Assembly (NCBI RefSeq): GCF_022647565.1
Contig: NZ_JALCLA010000001.1
From: Chiayiivirga sp.
Lineage (GTDB): Bacteria; Pseudomonadota; Gammaproteobacteria; Xanthomonadales; Xanthomonadaceae
Strand: one strand, 5' to 3'
Length of the DNA: 64,000 bases
Shown: positions 34,902 through 45,367 of the stretch, piece after piece
Position numbering within the stretch: the stretch's first letter is position 1
Layout of the letters: the number at the start of each line of letters is the position of its first letter
Notes under the pieces: generated by a model
Told to the model about the DNA's origin: nothing
The model's input: only the letters and a program-made list of their open reading frames with translations
Databases searched by the model: none
Position numbers and translations under genes: made by a program

Positions 34902-36071
34902 ATGAGCGCTGCGTCGCGCGTGCACTACATGGACAACCTGCGCGCGCTGGCGATGCTGGCGGGCGTGGTGTTCCACGCCGCGCTGGCCTACAGCGTGTTG
35001 CTGCATCCGTTCTGGCCGACTGCCGATGCGCAACACTCGCGACTCGTGGACCTGCTGGTGTGGTTCCTGCACCTGTTCCGCATGCCGCTGTTCTTCGTGG
35101 TGGCCGGGTACTTCGCGGCGATGCTGGTGAGTCGCCGCGGCATGGCCGGATTCTTTCGCCATCGCATTCGGCGCATCCTCGTGCCCTTGCTGCTGTTCGC
35201 GCTGCCGATCGGATGGAGCCTGCACCGGCTCACGATGCACGCCATGGACACGGTGCAAAATCCCTCGCCGGTGCTGCGCTGGCTGCGCGGCGTGGTGGCC
35301 GAGCAGGGCAGCTTGCCGATGGCACCGAGCCTGGCGCACCTGTGGTTCCTGCATTACCTGATGCTGTTCGCGCTGCTGACATGGATCGTGGCGACGCTCG
35401 ATCCGAAATGGCTCCGCACGCAGCTCGCGACCGTGTCGCCGAGCCTCGTGCCCTGGGCACTGCCGTCGCTGATGGTGCCGGCCCTGGCCAGTGTCTCGGT
35501 ACCGTGGCCCGCACCCGAATCACCCTTGCCTGCCATGTGGGCCATGGTCTACTTCGGTCTGCACTTCGCCCTGGGTTTCCAGATCTGGCAGCGTCCGGCA
35601 TTGCTCGACGGGCTGCGTCGCCACGCGCCGTGGCTGGCGCTGGGCGGTTTGCTGCTTTATCTCGCCCTGCTGTGGTCGATGCGTTCGAGCTCGTATCCCG
35701 TGGCGCCGGGCCGGCATTGGCTGGGTGCCACGCTGGAGAGCTATGCCGGATTCTGGATGACCCTGGCTTGCCTCCTGGCCGGCAAGGCCTGGCTGGATCG
35801 CAGCAACGCGGTCCTGCGCTGGCTCTCGGATAGCTCGTATTGGGTCTATCTGGTGCATCTGCCGCTGCTGTTTGCGATCCAGTACCCGCTGCTGGACGTG
35901 GCATGGCACTGGAGCCTGAAGCTTGCACTCGCGGTGTCCGTCACCTTCGCGCTCGCGTTCGCCAGTTACCAATGGCTGGTGCGCCCGACGATGCTCGGGC
36001 GCTTGCTCGCTCCCGGCGCTGGAACCGGGCGAGGCCTGGAGGTTGCTCCGAGGTCGCAGCATCCGGGCTGA
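34902..36071 (+). CDS. Acyltransferase family 3 membrane protein (OpgC/OafA-like)
   Basis: ~10 TM; N-terminal MDNLRALAMLAGVVFHAAL and FRMPLFFVVAGYF motifs typical of acyltransferase_3. Confidence 0.8.
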   Translation: MSAASRVHYMDNLRALAMLAGVVFHAALAYSVLLHPFWPTADAQHSRLVDLLVWFLHLFRMPLFFVVAGYFAAMLVSRRGMAGFFRHRIRRILVPLLLFALPIGWSLHRLTMHAMDTVQNPSPVLRWLRGVVAEQGSLPMAPSLAHLWFLHYLMLFALLTWIVATLDPKWLRTQLATVSPSLVPWALPSLMVPALASVSVPWPAPESPLPAMWAMVYFGLHFALGFQIWQRPALLDGLRRHAPWLALGGLLLYLALLWSMRSSSYPVAPGRHWLGATLESYAGFWMTLACLLAGKAWLDRSNAVLRWLSDSSYWVYLVHLPLLFAIQYPLLDVAWHWSLKLALAVSVTFALAFASYQWLVRPTMLGRLLAPGAGTGRGLEVAPRSQHPG

Positions 36072-36244
36072 CTTGAATCAGGCGCAGGCTCGCCGCGTGG
36101 TGCCGCGCGGTCACCGTGGCCAGGGCGCCGCACGCGACCACCAAGCGCCTTAAGATTGGGGCCAGGCTCCGACGCCGCGAACCAGGCCATCGCGCCTCGT
36201 CTGAGCCGCCATCTTGCTGAAATCCGGCCCCAGGGGAGGGTGCG

Positions 36245-38014
36245 ATGAGCGCCGAGCACCACGGTATCGACTTGCTGCCCGTCATCACCCTGCTCTCGGC
36301 GGCGGTGATTGCAGCGCCCTTGGCCAAGCGACTCGGGCTGGGGGCGGTACTCGGTTATCTGGCAGCAGGCCTGGTCATCGGGCCCTTCGGATTCGGTGTG
36401 TTCACCGAGCCGGCGACGATCCTGCACGTGGCCGAGCTGGGCGTCGTCATGTTCCTGTTCGTCATCGGTCTGGAGATGCGTCCGTCGCGCTTGTGGGCGA
36501 TGCGGCACCAGATCTTCGGCCTCGGCTTCGTGCAGGTGGCCGTTTGCTCGATCCTGCTGACGGCCGTCGGCGCGTTCACCGGATTCCCGGTGGCCCCTTC
36601 GTTCGTTGCGGGGGCGGGTTTCGTGCTCACCTCCACCGCCATCGTCATGCAGTTGCTGGAAGAACGCGGCGACCTGGCCTCCGACAATGGGCAGCGCATG
36701 GTGGCGATCCTGCTGCTGGAAGACTTGATGATCGTGCCGCTGCTGGCCGCCGTGGCGTTTCTTGCGCCGATTGCGCCGGGGGTGGCGGAGGGTTCGCGCG
36801 GCATCGACTGGGCGGCGATCGGCATCGGTGCCCTGGCCATCGCGGGTCTGGTGGTGGCTGGCCGCTACCTGCTCAACCCGCTGTTTCGCCTGCTCGCCAA
36901 TGCGCAGGCACGCGAGGTGATGACCGCAGCAGCGCTGCTGGTGGTGTTGGGGGCGGCGTTCGCGATGGAGCTGGGTGGACTCTCGATGGCCATGGGTGCC
37001 TTCATGGCGGGCGTGCTGCTCTCGGAATCCACTTATCGGCACCAACTGGAAGTGGACGTCGAACCGTTCCGCGGCGTGCTGCTCGGGCTGTTCTTCATCG
37101 CCGTGGGCATGTCCTTGCAACTGGACGTGGTGGCGGCCAACTGGGGCATGGTGCTGGGATACGTGCTGGCCTACATGCTGGTCAAGGCGCTGGTGATCTA
37201 CGCCGTCGCGCGACTGTTCCGCTCGTCGCACCCCGCGGCGCTGGAGCGCGCCGTGTTCATGGCGCAAGGCGGCGAGTTCGCCTTCGTGCTGTATGGCGCC
37301 GCCGCCGCGGCCGGGATTATCGACGCGGAAGAGAACGCCATCCTCACCGCCATCATCATCGTGTCGATGGTGCTGACGCCGATCATGATCGTGCTCTTCG
37401 ACCTGATCCGCCGCCGTTATCCGGTTGCGGCGGAAGGCCGCGCGGGGCCGCAGGATCTCACCGGCACGGCGCTGGTCATCGGCTTCGGGCGGATGGGGCA
37501 GATTGCCAGCCAGTTCCTGTTCGCGCGTGGCTACGAGGTGTCGATCATCGACACCGACGTGGAGATGATCGATGCGGCGCGCGAGCACGGCTTCGACGTC
37601 TACTACGGCGACGGAACGCGGCTTGACATCCTGCATGCCGCCGGCGTGAGCCATGCGCGGGTGGTGCTGGTGTGCGTGGACAAGCCCGACAGCGGGACGC
37701 GCATCACCCAGTTGATCAAGGCCGAGTTTCCGGGCGTGCCGGTGGTAACCCGCGCCGTCGACCGTCGCCACAGCGTGGATCTGGTGAAGGCGGGTGTCGA
37801 CGTGCAGGTGCGCGAGACCTTCGAGTCGGCGATGCTGATGGGCGCGACAGCGCTGGAGCGGCTTGGCGCGTCGCAAGCCGACATCCTCGAACTGGACGCC
37901 CGCATCCGGTCCAACGATCGAAAGCGGCTGGCGGCCGAGCTCGAGCGCGGATTGGCGGCCGGTGCTGCGTTCTTCAACCAGCGCGTGGCGCGGGCACGCG
38001 GCGAGGACACCTGA
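36245..38014 (+). CDS. CPA2 monovalent cation:proton antiporter, KefB/KefC-type with C-terminal TrkA-N (RCK) domain
   Basis: Na_H exchanger membrane domain plus a Rossmann GFGRMGQIASQFL. Confidence 0.88.
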   Translation: MSAEHHGIDLLPVITLLSAAVIAAPLAKRLGLGAVLGYLAAGLVIGPFGFGVFTEPATILHVAELGVVMFLFVIGLEMRPSRLWAMRHQIFGLGFVQVAVCSILLTAVGAFTGFPVAPSFVAGAGFVLTSTAIVMQLLEERGDLASDNGQRMVAILLLEDLMIVPLLAAVAFLAPIAPGVAEGSRGIDWAAIGIGALAIAGLVVAGRYLLNPLFRLLANAQAREVMTAAALLVVLGAAFAMELGGLSMAMGAFMAGVLLSESTYRHQLEVDVEPFRGVLLGLFFIAVGMSLQLDVVAANWGMVLGYVLAYMLVKALVIYAVARLFRSSHPAALERAVFMAQGGEFAFVLYGAAAAAGIIDAEENAILTAIIIVSMVLTPIMIVLFDLIRRRYPVAAEGRAGPQDLTGTALVIGFGRMGQIASQFLFARGYEVSIIDTDVEMIDAAREHGFDVYYGDGTRLDILHAAGVSHARVVLVCVDKPDSGTRITQLIKAEFPGVPVVTRAVDRRHSVDLVKAGVDVQVRETFESAMLMGATALERLGASQADILELDARIRSNDRKRLAAELERGLAAGAAFFNQRVARARGEDT

Positions 38015-38035
38015 GCGCAGGCGCTGGCGGTCGGA

Positions 38036-39028
38036 TCAGAGCAGTCCCGCGGGTTCCTGCATCGCCGCCAGTTGCTCCTGCAATTGCGCGATCACCGATT
38101 CCCAGTGGCGCGGCTCCTCGAACCAGGGAAAGGCGCGCGGGAAGGCCGGGTCGTGCCAGCGCCTCGCCACCCAGGCGTTGAAGTGCAGCAGGCGCATGGT
38201 GCGCAGCGCTTCCACCAGATGTAGTTCGCGCGGGTCGAAGGGGCGGAAGCTGCGGTAACCCTCCAACAGCCAGCCGAACTGGCGGCGCTGGTCGGCGGCG
38301 TTGCCGGAGAGCAGCATCCACAGGTCCTGGATCGCGGGGCCAGTCAGGCAATCGTCGAGATCGACGAAGTGCGCGGTGTCGTCGCGCCACAGGATGTTGC
38401 CGGGGTGGCAGTCGCCATGCAGGCGCAGGAACGCGATGTCGCCAGCGCGTTCCCAGGCGGCATCGAGGTGGTCGAGCAAGGCATCGCTGAGGCGCTCGAA
38501 CGGCGCTTCCAGTTCCGGCGGCAGCCAGCGTTCGTCGAGCAGGTAGTCGATCGCATCGTCCGCGTGCGTGGCGATGCCCAGCGTCGGGCGATGCACAAAG
38601 GGACGCACCGCCCCGACATTGTGCAGGCGCGCCAGGGTCTGTCCGAGCCGGGTCAGGGTGGCGCGATCGTCGAGTTCGGGGGCATGTCCACCTTGCAAGG
38701 CGAACAGCGCATAGCGATAGCCGCCATGGGTGTGCAGCGTTTGCTCGCCCAGGCGCAGCGGCGGCACCACCGAAAGCTCGGCGTCGAACAGTTCCGCCGC
38801 GAAGGCATGTTCCTCGCGGATGGAAGCATCGCTCCAGCGGCCAGGGCGATAGAACTTCACCACCACGGGCGACTTGCCCTCGATGCCGACCCGGTACACC
38901 CGGTTCTCGTAGCTGTTGAGTGCCAGCACGCGCCCGTCGCAGGCGTAGCCGAGCGCTTCCACGGCGGCCAGCACGGTGTCGGGGCCGAGGTCGGAAAAGG
39001 GCGTGGCACGTGGATGGGCGGGCTGCAA
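38036..39028 (-). CDS. srkA: Stress-response kinase SrkA (YihE/RdoA; aminoglycoside phosphotransferase fold)
   Basis: VYRVGIEG...VVKFYRP N-lobe; HGDCHPGNILW catalytic loop; DLDD. Confidence 0.85.
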   Translation of the reverse strand: MQPAHPRATPFSDLGPDTVLAAVEALGYACDGRVLALNSYENRVYRVGIEGKSPVVVKFYRPGRWSDASIREEHAFAAELFDAELSVVPPLRLGEQTLHTHGGYRYALFALQGGHAPELDDRATLTRLGQTLARLHNVGAVRPFVHRPTLGIATHADDAIDYLLDERWLPPELEAPFERLSDALLDHLDAAWERAGDIAFLRLHGDCHPGNILWRDDTAHFVDLDDCLTGPAIQDLWMLLSGNAADQRRQFGWLLEGYRSFRPFDPRELHLVEALRTMRLLHFNAWVARRWHDPAFPRAFPWFEEPRHWESVIAQLQEQLAAMQEPAGLL

Positions 39029-39200
39029 GGCAAGGCCTGACGGGGGTGCGATCGGGATTCGCGCGCACCTTAGCCCAGTCCGCCCCGGCGTTGCGCAGGT
39101 GGGACGCTGCGTGCGGTTCCCGGGACTACTGCCGCCAGTGCTTCGGGACTACCTTGACGAGCATGCCAGGGGTCAGTGTGGCCCGGCCAAGGAGTTCGTC

Positions 39201-40067
39201 ATGAAGAAGATCGTCGCGGTACACAGCGCTCCCCGCCCGCATTGGGTAGGCGACGGGTTTCCGGTGCGCTCGCTGTTTTTCTACGGCAACCAGGCTGCGG
39301 CCGTGAGTCCCTTCCTGCTGCTCGACTATGCCGGCCCGGCGCAGTTCGAGCCGGCGACGCGCAAGCGTGGCGTGGGCGTGCATCCGCACCGCGGTTTCGA
39401 AACCGTCACCATCGTCTATCAGGGCGAGGTGGATCATCGCGATTCCACCGGCGCCGGCGGCCACATCGGCCCCGGCGACGTGCAGTGGATGACGGCCGGT
39501 GGCGGCGTGCTGCATGAAGAGTTCCACTCCGAGGCCTTCACCCGCAACGGCGGCACGCTGGAAATGGTGCAGCTGTGGGTGAATCTCCCGGCCCGCGACA
39601 AGATGACCTCGCCTGCGTATCAGACCCTGCTCGACGCGCAGATTCCGTCGGTGCCCTTGGCGAACGATGCCGGCCGGGTGCGGGTGATCGCCGGTGACTT
39701 CGATGGTCACCGCGGCCCGGCCCGCACCTTCACGCCCGTGGACGTCTGGGATGTGCGGCTCAATCGCGGCGCGCAAACCTCGTTGACGGTGCCGGAAGGG
39801 CATACCTCGGCCATGGTGGTGTTGCACGGGACGGTGCAGGTGAATGGCAGCAGCGTGGTGCGTGAAGCGCAGTGGGTGCAGTTCGAGCGGAGCGGGGGCG
39901 AGATCGTGCTCGAGGCCAACACCGATGCGACGCTGCTGCTGCTCAGCGGCGAACCGATCGCGGAACCGGTGGTGGGCTACGGCCCGTTCGTGATGAACAC
40001 CCAGGCCGAAATCGTGCAGGCCATGAACGACTTCAACGGGGGAAAATTCGGCCACATGGGGGCCTGA
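39201..40067 (+). CDS. Pirin family protein
   Basis: Cupin motifs HPHRGFETVT and GDVQWMTAGGGVLHEE. AAGGAG lies 8 nt upstream. Confidence 0.88.
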   Translation: MKKIVAVHSAPRPHWVGDGFPVRSLFFYGNQAAAVSPFLLLDYAGPAQFEPATRKRGVGVHPHRGFETVTIVYQGEVDHRDSTGAGGHIGPGDVQWMTAGGGVLHEEFHSEAFTRNGGTLEMVQLWVNLPARDKMTSPAYQTLLDAQIPSVPLANDAGRVRVIAGDFDGHRGPARTFTPVDVWDVRLNRGAQTSLTVPEGHTSAMVVLHGTVQVNGSSVVREAQWVQFERSGGEIVLEANTDATLLLLSGEPIAEPVVGYGPFVMNTQAEIVQAMNDFNGGKFGHMGA

Positions 40068-40070
40068 GCC

Positions 40071-40099
40071 GATCGCCGCCGCGCCGCGCGGCGGCGATC
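40071..40099. terminator. Perfect 13 bp GC-rich stem-loop between the convergent pirin and methyltransferase genes (bidirectional terminator candidate)
   Basis: GATCGCCGCCGCG-ccg-CGCGGCGGCGATC, 3 nt after the pirin stop and 2 nt before the methyltransferase stop. No clear U-tract. Confidence 0.5.
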
Positions 40100-40101
40100 T
40101 C

Positions 40102-40704
40102 CTACCGGTGGCTGCGCTCCAGTGCAGCGGCCTCGTGGCGCAGCGCCGGAGCCAGCCAGCAGTGCGAGCCGACGCCGGCGAACCCGGCCTCGGCAAAGGC
40201 CTTGCGATACCACGCGGCGCGGCGCCCGATGAAACCTTCGCGATCGCCGTCCGGATCGTCCTCACGCGCGAATACTTCGAGAAAGGCCAGTCCGCCGCAC
40301 AGTTCACCGAAACCGGAGAGGCCACGTCGCAGCTCGCGCGTGGGGACGTAGTGCATCACGTCCGAGCACACCAGCAAGTCGACCGGCGGACCGAAGCGCA
40401 GGTGTTCCAGCTGCGCGAAGGCCACCAGCGACAGGTTGCGGCGTCGACCGAAGCGCGCCACCGCGTATTCACTGGAATCGAGTCCGTGGTAGGCCAGGCC
40501 AGGCCGCAGCTTGAGCAGCGGCGCGCGCCACGCGCCTTCGCCGCAGCCCACGTCCAGCACGCTGCGCAGCGGGCGGCCGAGATAGTACTCGGCGGTCGAG
40601 AGCGCGAGGCGCACCTTGCGTTCCAGCACCGGGCCACCGCTGACGCGCTGCGCGGGATGGCGATACCAGTGGTCGAAGTAGCGGCGATCGTAGAGTTTGG
40701 GCAT
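40102..40704 (-). CDS. Class I SAM-dependent methyltransferase
   Basis: Motif I VLDVGCGEG, motif II-like LLVCSDVMHYV. Start at the internal ATG 40704. Confidence 0.75.
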   Translation of the reverse strand: MPKLYDRRYFDHWYRHPAQRVSGGPVLERKVRLALSTAEYYLGRPLRSVLDVGCGEGAWRAPLLKLRPGLAYHGLDSSEYAVARFGRRRNLSLVAFAQLEHLRFGPPVDLLVCSDVMHYVPTRELRRGLSGFGELCGGLAFLEVFAREDDPDGDREGFIGRRAAWYRKAFAEAGFAGVGSHCWLAPALRHEAAALERSHR

Positions 40705-40874
40705 GGCGGCTCCGGGGCGGACCGACATTGTCGCCTCCGGCGAAAACGGCGGCCAGCAGGCACAATTCGTCACAATCGACGCGACGTGCAGAAATGCGTG
40801 TGGTCAGCGCCGCGCAACTGGCGCCCCCGCGATGCGCGGCGCATGATGCGGGCGACTTCTGCCCGGACGCGCCC

Positions 40875-41255
40875 ATGTCGGACACCGGCTTCATCGAATA
40901 CCTGCGCGAACTGTTCTCGCCGAGTGCGCAGTTCGACGCGCGCCGGATGTTCGGCGGCTGGGGCCTGTATCTCGATGGCCTGATGTGTGGCCTGGTTGCC
41001 GGCGGCCAGCTCTACCTCAAGACCGATGCCAGCACCCGCGCACAGTTCGAAGCGGCCGGCAGCGCACCCTTCGTCTACACCGGGCAGAAGCAGCCGGTGA
41101 CGATGAGCTACTGGTCTGCGCCCGAGACAGCCCTCGATTCGAGTGAATCGATGCAGGCCTGGGCACGTCTGGCCTTGCAGGCCGCGCGTACGTCGGCCAC
41201 GAAGCAACGCAAACCCGTGGCACGCAGGAATCAGAAGTCGGGTTCGAAGCGATAG
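40875..41255 (+). CDS. TfoX/Sxy N-terminal-domain protein
   Basis: RRMFGGWGLYLDGLMCGLVAGGQLYLKTD matches the TfoX_N core. The Lys/Arg-rich tail overlaps the convergent downstream gene by 25 nt. Confidence 0.6.
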   Translation: MSDTGFIEYLRELFSPSAQFDARRMFGGWGLYLDGLMCGLVAGGQLYLKTDASTRAQFEAAGSAPFVYTGQKQPVTMSYWSAPETALDSSESMQAWARLALQAARTSATKQRKPVARRNQKSGSKR

Positions 41256-43459
41256 GCAAGCTTCACCAGCACCTGATGGTCGTCCTTGAGCGAGAACACG
41301 TCGGTGAGGGTGTCATTGAGGCCGCGTTGTTCGTCGTCGATGCTGAGACCGCCACGGCCATACACCACGAACAGATCGCTGAGCTTGCCGAGCGAGTAGC
41401 GCCAGCGCACCTGGAAGCCGAGGTTGCGCAGCTGGAAGTCATCCAGGTCCGCTTCGCTGTCGATCAGGTGTCCGCCCGGAAGCAGTCGTCGCGCCTGTCG
41501 CGCCTCGGCATCGATGGCGATCGCCTGCAGTTTCACCCGCAGTTCCTGCCTGTCGCCGATGAACCAGTTGAGATCGGAGTACAGCTCGGCGCGCCGGGTG
41601 TCGAAGCTGCCGAACTCGGTGCCTTGCTGCCACAGCAGCCAGTCGGACTGGCGCCACAGGTAGAGGCCGAGATCGACGTTGAAGCGCTCGCCCAGGTGCA
41701 GGCGCGGACGTACCCCGCCAAACACATAGCGCCCCGCGTGCGCGTTCGGGCCGAGCTCGAAGTTCGCGTCCCATCCCCAGCGTCCCGTGCCCTGGCGCGG
41801 GCGTGATCGTTCGTAGGCGAACAAGGGGCCGGCCTGGGTCCGCACCGCGCCGTGGCCACGCGACAGCCGGTCGTCGAACGCCGCCGCACGTTGGCTCAGC
41901 ATGAAGAATTCCTGGCCGCCATCACGACGGGTCGAGTTGCGATAGACGCTGCCGATGTCGGCCAGGCGCTGCCCCGCACCGTTCTCGCGATGCACCAGTT
42001 CCAGTTCCCAGTCGTGGCTGGCATGGCTTGAGCTGGCGGGCAACTCATCCTGCCGATAGCCGCTCTCCCATTCGAGTGTGAGGAAGTCGTTGCGTTGCTG
42101 GTAGCCAAGATCGTTGAGGGCCAGCGCATGGTCCGACCACAAGGCGAAATACTGCTGGCGCCACGGGCCATCCATGTCCCAGTCCGCGATCGCGCCGGCG
42201 CCGTCACCGCGACTGCGCGTTCCCGCCTGATCGACCTCGCTGTGCAGCAGCAGCGGGCGCACCATCCACGTCGCGTTCGGTTTCCAGTTCGCGTCCAGTG
42301 CGGTGACGGTTGCGTCGCGATCCAGGAACGGGCGCTCCACCCGGCTCACCGTGGCACCGGTTTGCAAGGTCTCGCCACCGCGCGTGCCGCGCAGCATCAG
42401 GAAGTCGCGCCCGACATCCTCGGCTTCGCTCGCCATGAACACGCCGTAGCCGAAGCCGGCAAGACTGCCGACGGCCTTGAACGCGGCATCGATGTCGGCG
42501 GCACCGCTGCCGTCGTCGGCCGGGCCACCGACGCGACGGGTGTAGAACAGCTGCCCAAGGTTGTGGCGCAGGTCGAAGTAGCCCTGGTTCTCGGTGAAGA
42601 ACGGACGCTTGTCGGAGAACACGGTCTCGGTGCCGCTGAAATTCACCACCAACTGGTCGCTCTCGACCTGGCCGAAATCCGGGTTGATCGCAAGCGCGAA
42701 CTGATGATCGCCATTGGGCTTCCAGAACAGATCGACGCCGCCCTTGAACTCGGTGTCCTCCGAGTTCAGGTCCGACAGCGCCACGCCGTAGGGCGTCACG
42801 GCGAGCAGGCCCTGGCGGAACTGCGGAATCTCGACCCGGGCAAAATCGCTCAAGAATCGCGGGCGGTTGAACACTGCATCGGGGTAGGCGTAGCGCTCTC
42901 CCGTGGCAGCAATGACGCGATCGAAATACACCGCGATCGTGCGCGAGGGAGCGGACGAATCGGCCATCGCCGCGATGCTCCACGGGATCAGGAACTCGGC
43001 CGCGTAGCCGCCTTCGAAGTCCGCCGCGGCATGCTGCCAGTCGCCGTCCCAGTCGTAGCTGAAGGCGTTCTGGTTGCTGATCGACTCGTCGGTGATGTCG
43101 CCTGCCGTGGTGATGGTGAAGTCGTAGCCGACGCGGCCGTCACCGTTGAAGTCGATCATCAGGTTGAAGCGATCGACCGACTGCTGCCCATCGCGCGGGA
43201 TGCGGGCCCGCGTCTGCGGCACCGAGGCCGGATGCCAGGCCTTGATCGCCACCGCGATGCCCTCGGGCGTGGAGAGCAGCAAGGCCTCGCTGCGGCGATC
43301 TTCCGGTGCGGGCGTGCCATTGGCGGGCTGCACGGCAACGAATCGGTCGAAGCGCATCGCCTCATTCCATTCGCCAGGGTCCAGGCGGCCATCGATCACA
43401 ACCGAGGCGTGCGCCGGGACAAGGCCCAGGCAAAGCGAAACGAACAGCAGCATCCGCAT
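41231..43459 (-). CDS. Large outer-membrane/secreted protein, DUF5916-like, with C-terminal beta-barrel signature
   Basis: Signal peptide MRMLLFVSLCLGLVPAHA. Ends ...KLAYRFEPDF, an aromatic terminal residue typical of OMPs. 742 aa. Confidence 0.7.
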   Translation of the reverse strand: MRMLLFVSLCLGLVPAHASVVIDGRLDPGEWNEAMRFDRFVAVQPANGTPAPEDRRSEALLLSTPEGIAVAIKAWHPASVPQTRARIPRDGQQSVDRFNLMIDFNGDGRVGYDFTITTAGDITDESISNQNAFSYDWDGDWQHAAADFEGGYAAEFLIPWSIAAMADSSAPSRTIAVYFDRVIAATGERYAYPDAVFNRPRFLSDFARVEIPQFRQGLLAVTPYGVALSDLNSEDTEFKGGVDLFWKPNGDHQFALAINPDFGQVESDQLVVNFSGTETVFSDKRPFFTENQGYFDLRHNLGQLFYTRRVGGPADDGSGAADIDAAFKAVGSLAGFGYGVFMASEAEDVGRDFLMLRGTRGGETLQTGATVSRVERPFLDRDATVTALDANWKPNATWMVRPLLLHSEVDQAGTRSRGDGAGAIADWDMDGPWRQQYFALWSDHALALNDLGYQQRNDFLTLEWESGYRQDELPASSSHASHDWELELVHRENGAGQRLADIGSVYRNSTRRDGGQEFFMLSQRAAAFDDRLSRGHGAVRTQAGPLFAYERSRPRQGTGRWGWDANFELGPNAHAGRYVFGGVRPRLHLGERFNVDLGLYLWRQSDWLLWQQGTEFGSFDTRRAELYSDLNWFIGDRQELRVKLQAIAIDAEARQARRLLPGGHLIDSEADLDDFQLRNLGFQVRWRYSLGKLSDLFVVYGRGGLSIDDEQRGLNDTLTDVFSLKDDHQVLVKLAYRFEPDF

Positions 43460-43596
43460 GGAAACATCCTTGTCTTGACGGGCGAGATTGCACCGGTACG
43501 GGCTTCCGGGCGCGGCCCGGAAGTCACGTGGAGCCAGGGCGGCCATCCACGTCCGCCAGCTTGGATGCGGTCAAGAAGATCCAGGTTAGGCGGTAC

Positions 43597-44838
43597 CTAC
43601 CGGTGCTTGCGGATGAACTCGCGCACCTGCGGATAGACCAGGTCGCGCCAGCGCCGGCCGCTGAAGATGCCGTAGTGGCCGGCGCCCTGCACCGTGAGGT
43701 GCTGTTTCTTCTTCGCGGGGATGCCACTGCACAAGGCCTGTGCGGCCTGGGTCTGGCCGACGCCGGAGATGTCGTCGAGTTCGCCTTCGATCGTCATCAG
43801 GGCGCTGCGTGTGATGTCTTGCGGCGCCACCCGGACGCCGTCCACCACCCATTCACCGCGCGGCAGCAAGTGTTGCTGGAACACGATGCGGATGGTGTCG
43901 AGGTAATACTTGGCCGGCATGTCGAGCACGGCGTTGTACTCGTCGTAAAAGCTGCGGTGCGATTCGGCGTCGTCGAGGTCGCCCTTCACCAGATCGAGGT
44001 AGTAATCCCAATGCGATTGGAAATGCCGGCTGGGATTCATCGCGATGAAGCCGGCGTGCTGCAGGAAACCCGGATAAACCTTGCGGCCCTTGCCAGGATA
44101 ATTCTGCGGCACTTCGTGGATGACGTGGTTTTCGAACCACGATAGCGGCTTGGTGGTGGCGAGGTTGTTCACCTGGGTGGGGCTGTGGCGGGTGTCGATC
44201 GGCCCGCCCATCAGGGTCAGGCTGCGCGGCACGGCTTCGCCCGCGCTCGCCATCAGCGACACCGCGGCCAGCACCGGCACCGTGGGTTGGCAGACGCTGA
44301 TCACGTGCAGCTTGTCGGCGCCGATGTGGCGGATGAAGGTGCGCACCGTGTTGACGTAGTCATCGAGCGTGAAGGCGCCTGCATCCTTGGGCACCATGCG
44401 CGCGTCGATCCAGTCGGTGATGTAGACCTTGTGGTCCTGCAGCAGGGTGCGCACGGTGTCGCGCAGCAGCGTGGAGTGATGGCCGGAGAGCGGCGCCACC
44501 ACCAGCACGACGGGGTCGTCCTTCAGGTCTTCCACCACGGCCGGCTGGTCGGCGTAGCGCTTGAAGCGCAGCAGCCGGCAGAAGGGCGTGGCGAGCTTGC
44601 ATTGCTCAATGATCGGCACGGTGTGGCCGTGCGAGATCACCTCGCGGATGCCGAACTCGGGCTTTTCGTAGGCCTTGCCGAGGCGATGGAACAGCTCATA
44701 GCCCGCCGAGGCGCGTGCCGCGCCGGGCAATTGCGAGAGCCAGCTTCCGGGATCGGAATAGGCCTTGGCGGCGGCTTCGGCGCCATAGACCCAGGGCGCC
44801 AGCCACACGCGCTGCATTTCGTGGACGAGGTAAAGCAT
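43597..44838 (-). CDS. phaZ: Intracellular polyhydroxyalkanoate (PHB) depolymerase PhaZ family
   Basis: Family-typical N-terminus MLYLVHEMQRVWLAPW and length (~413 aa); alpha/beta-hydrolase-like core. Confidence 0.8.
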   Translation of the reverse strand: MLYLVHEMQRVWLAPWVYGAEAAAKAYSDPGSWLSQLPGAARASAGYELFHRLGKAYEKPEFGIREVISHGHTVPIIEQCKLATPFCRLLRFKRYADQPAVVEDLKDDPVVLVVAPLSGHHSTLLRDTVRTLLQDHKVYITDWIDARMVPKDAGAFTLDDYVNTVRTFIRHIGADKLHVISVCQPTVPVLAAVSLMASAGEAVPRSLTLMGGPIDTRHSPTQVNNLATTKPLSWFENHVIHEVPQNYPGKGRKVYPGFLQHAGFIAMNPSRHFQSHWDYYLDLVKGDLDDAESHRSFYDEYNAVLDMPAKYYLDTIRIVFQQHLLPRGEWVVDGVRVAPQDITRSALMTIEGELDDISGVGQTQAAQALCSGIPAKKKQHLTVQGAGHYGIFSGRRWRDLVYPQVREFIRKHR

Positions 44839-44916
44839 GGGTAGCGGCCGGGAGCGGGGACCGGCCGACTTTACCGCAGTGCAGCAATCCGTGCCGAGAC
44901 GGGCCGCGCGCGGCGG

Positions 44917-45258
44917 CTACTTCTCGCAGTGCACCGACACCTGCTTCAACTCGCCGCCACCGGGCGAGGTGAGCGTGGAGTTGCCATCGCCCAGGATCTC
45001 CACCTCGTCGCAATCCTGGCCGATGGTGGAAAACACGTAGGTGGCGCGGCCGTTGCGAGTGGAGAAATCGCGCTTGCCGAATTTTTCCGGCGCGAAATAA
45101 CAGCGATGGGTCTCGCCCTCGTAGGCATCGTCCGGCTTGGCGGTGCACTGCACGCCGTCCTTGAGCTTGACCTCGGGCGTGCTGGCCGCCAGCAGCGCGG
45201 GGCTTCCGGCCAGCGACAAGAGGACGAGGCAGGGCAGGGGGCGGAAACGATGAGTCAT
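44917..45258 (-). CDS. Small secreted protein with 4 Cys (113 aa), hypothetical
   Basis: Signal peptide MTHRFRPLPCLVLLSLAGSPALLAAS. Start at the internal ATG 45258. Confidence 0.5.
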   Translation of the reverse strand: MTHRFRPLPCLVLLSLAGSPALLAASTPEVKLKDGVQCTAKPDDAYEGETHRCYFAPEKFGKRDFSTRNGRATYVFSTIGQDCDEVEILGDGNSTLTSPGGGELKQVSVHCEK

Positions 45259-45367
45259 GGCCAAGCCTGGGAGGGAGACGGGACGTCGATAGTACGACTG
45301 CGTTTCGTACCCGGCAATGCGCGGCCCCGGCTTGCGCCCCTCTGTCGCCGCAACGCGGGGCGACGGA

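Noticed and set aside
35966-37876. 636 aa minus-strand ORF, and the 470 aa plus-strand ORF 36214..37626 overlapping kefB
   Set aside because: kefB in its own frame shows clear CPA2/TrkA-N motifs. The overlapping ORFs are low-complexity Arg/Gly/His-rich artefacts.
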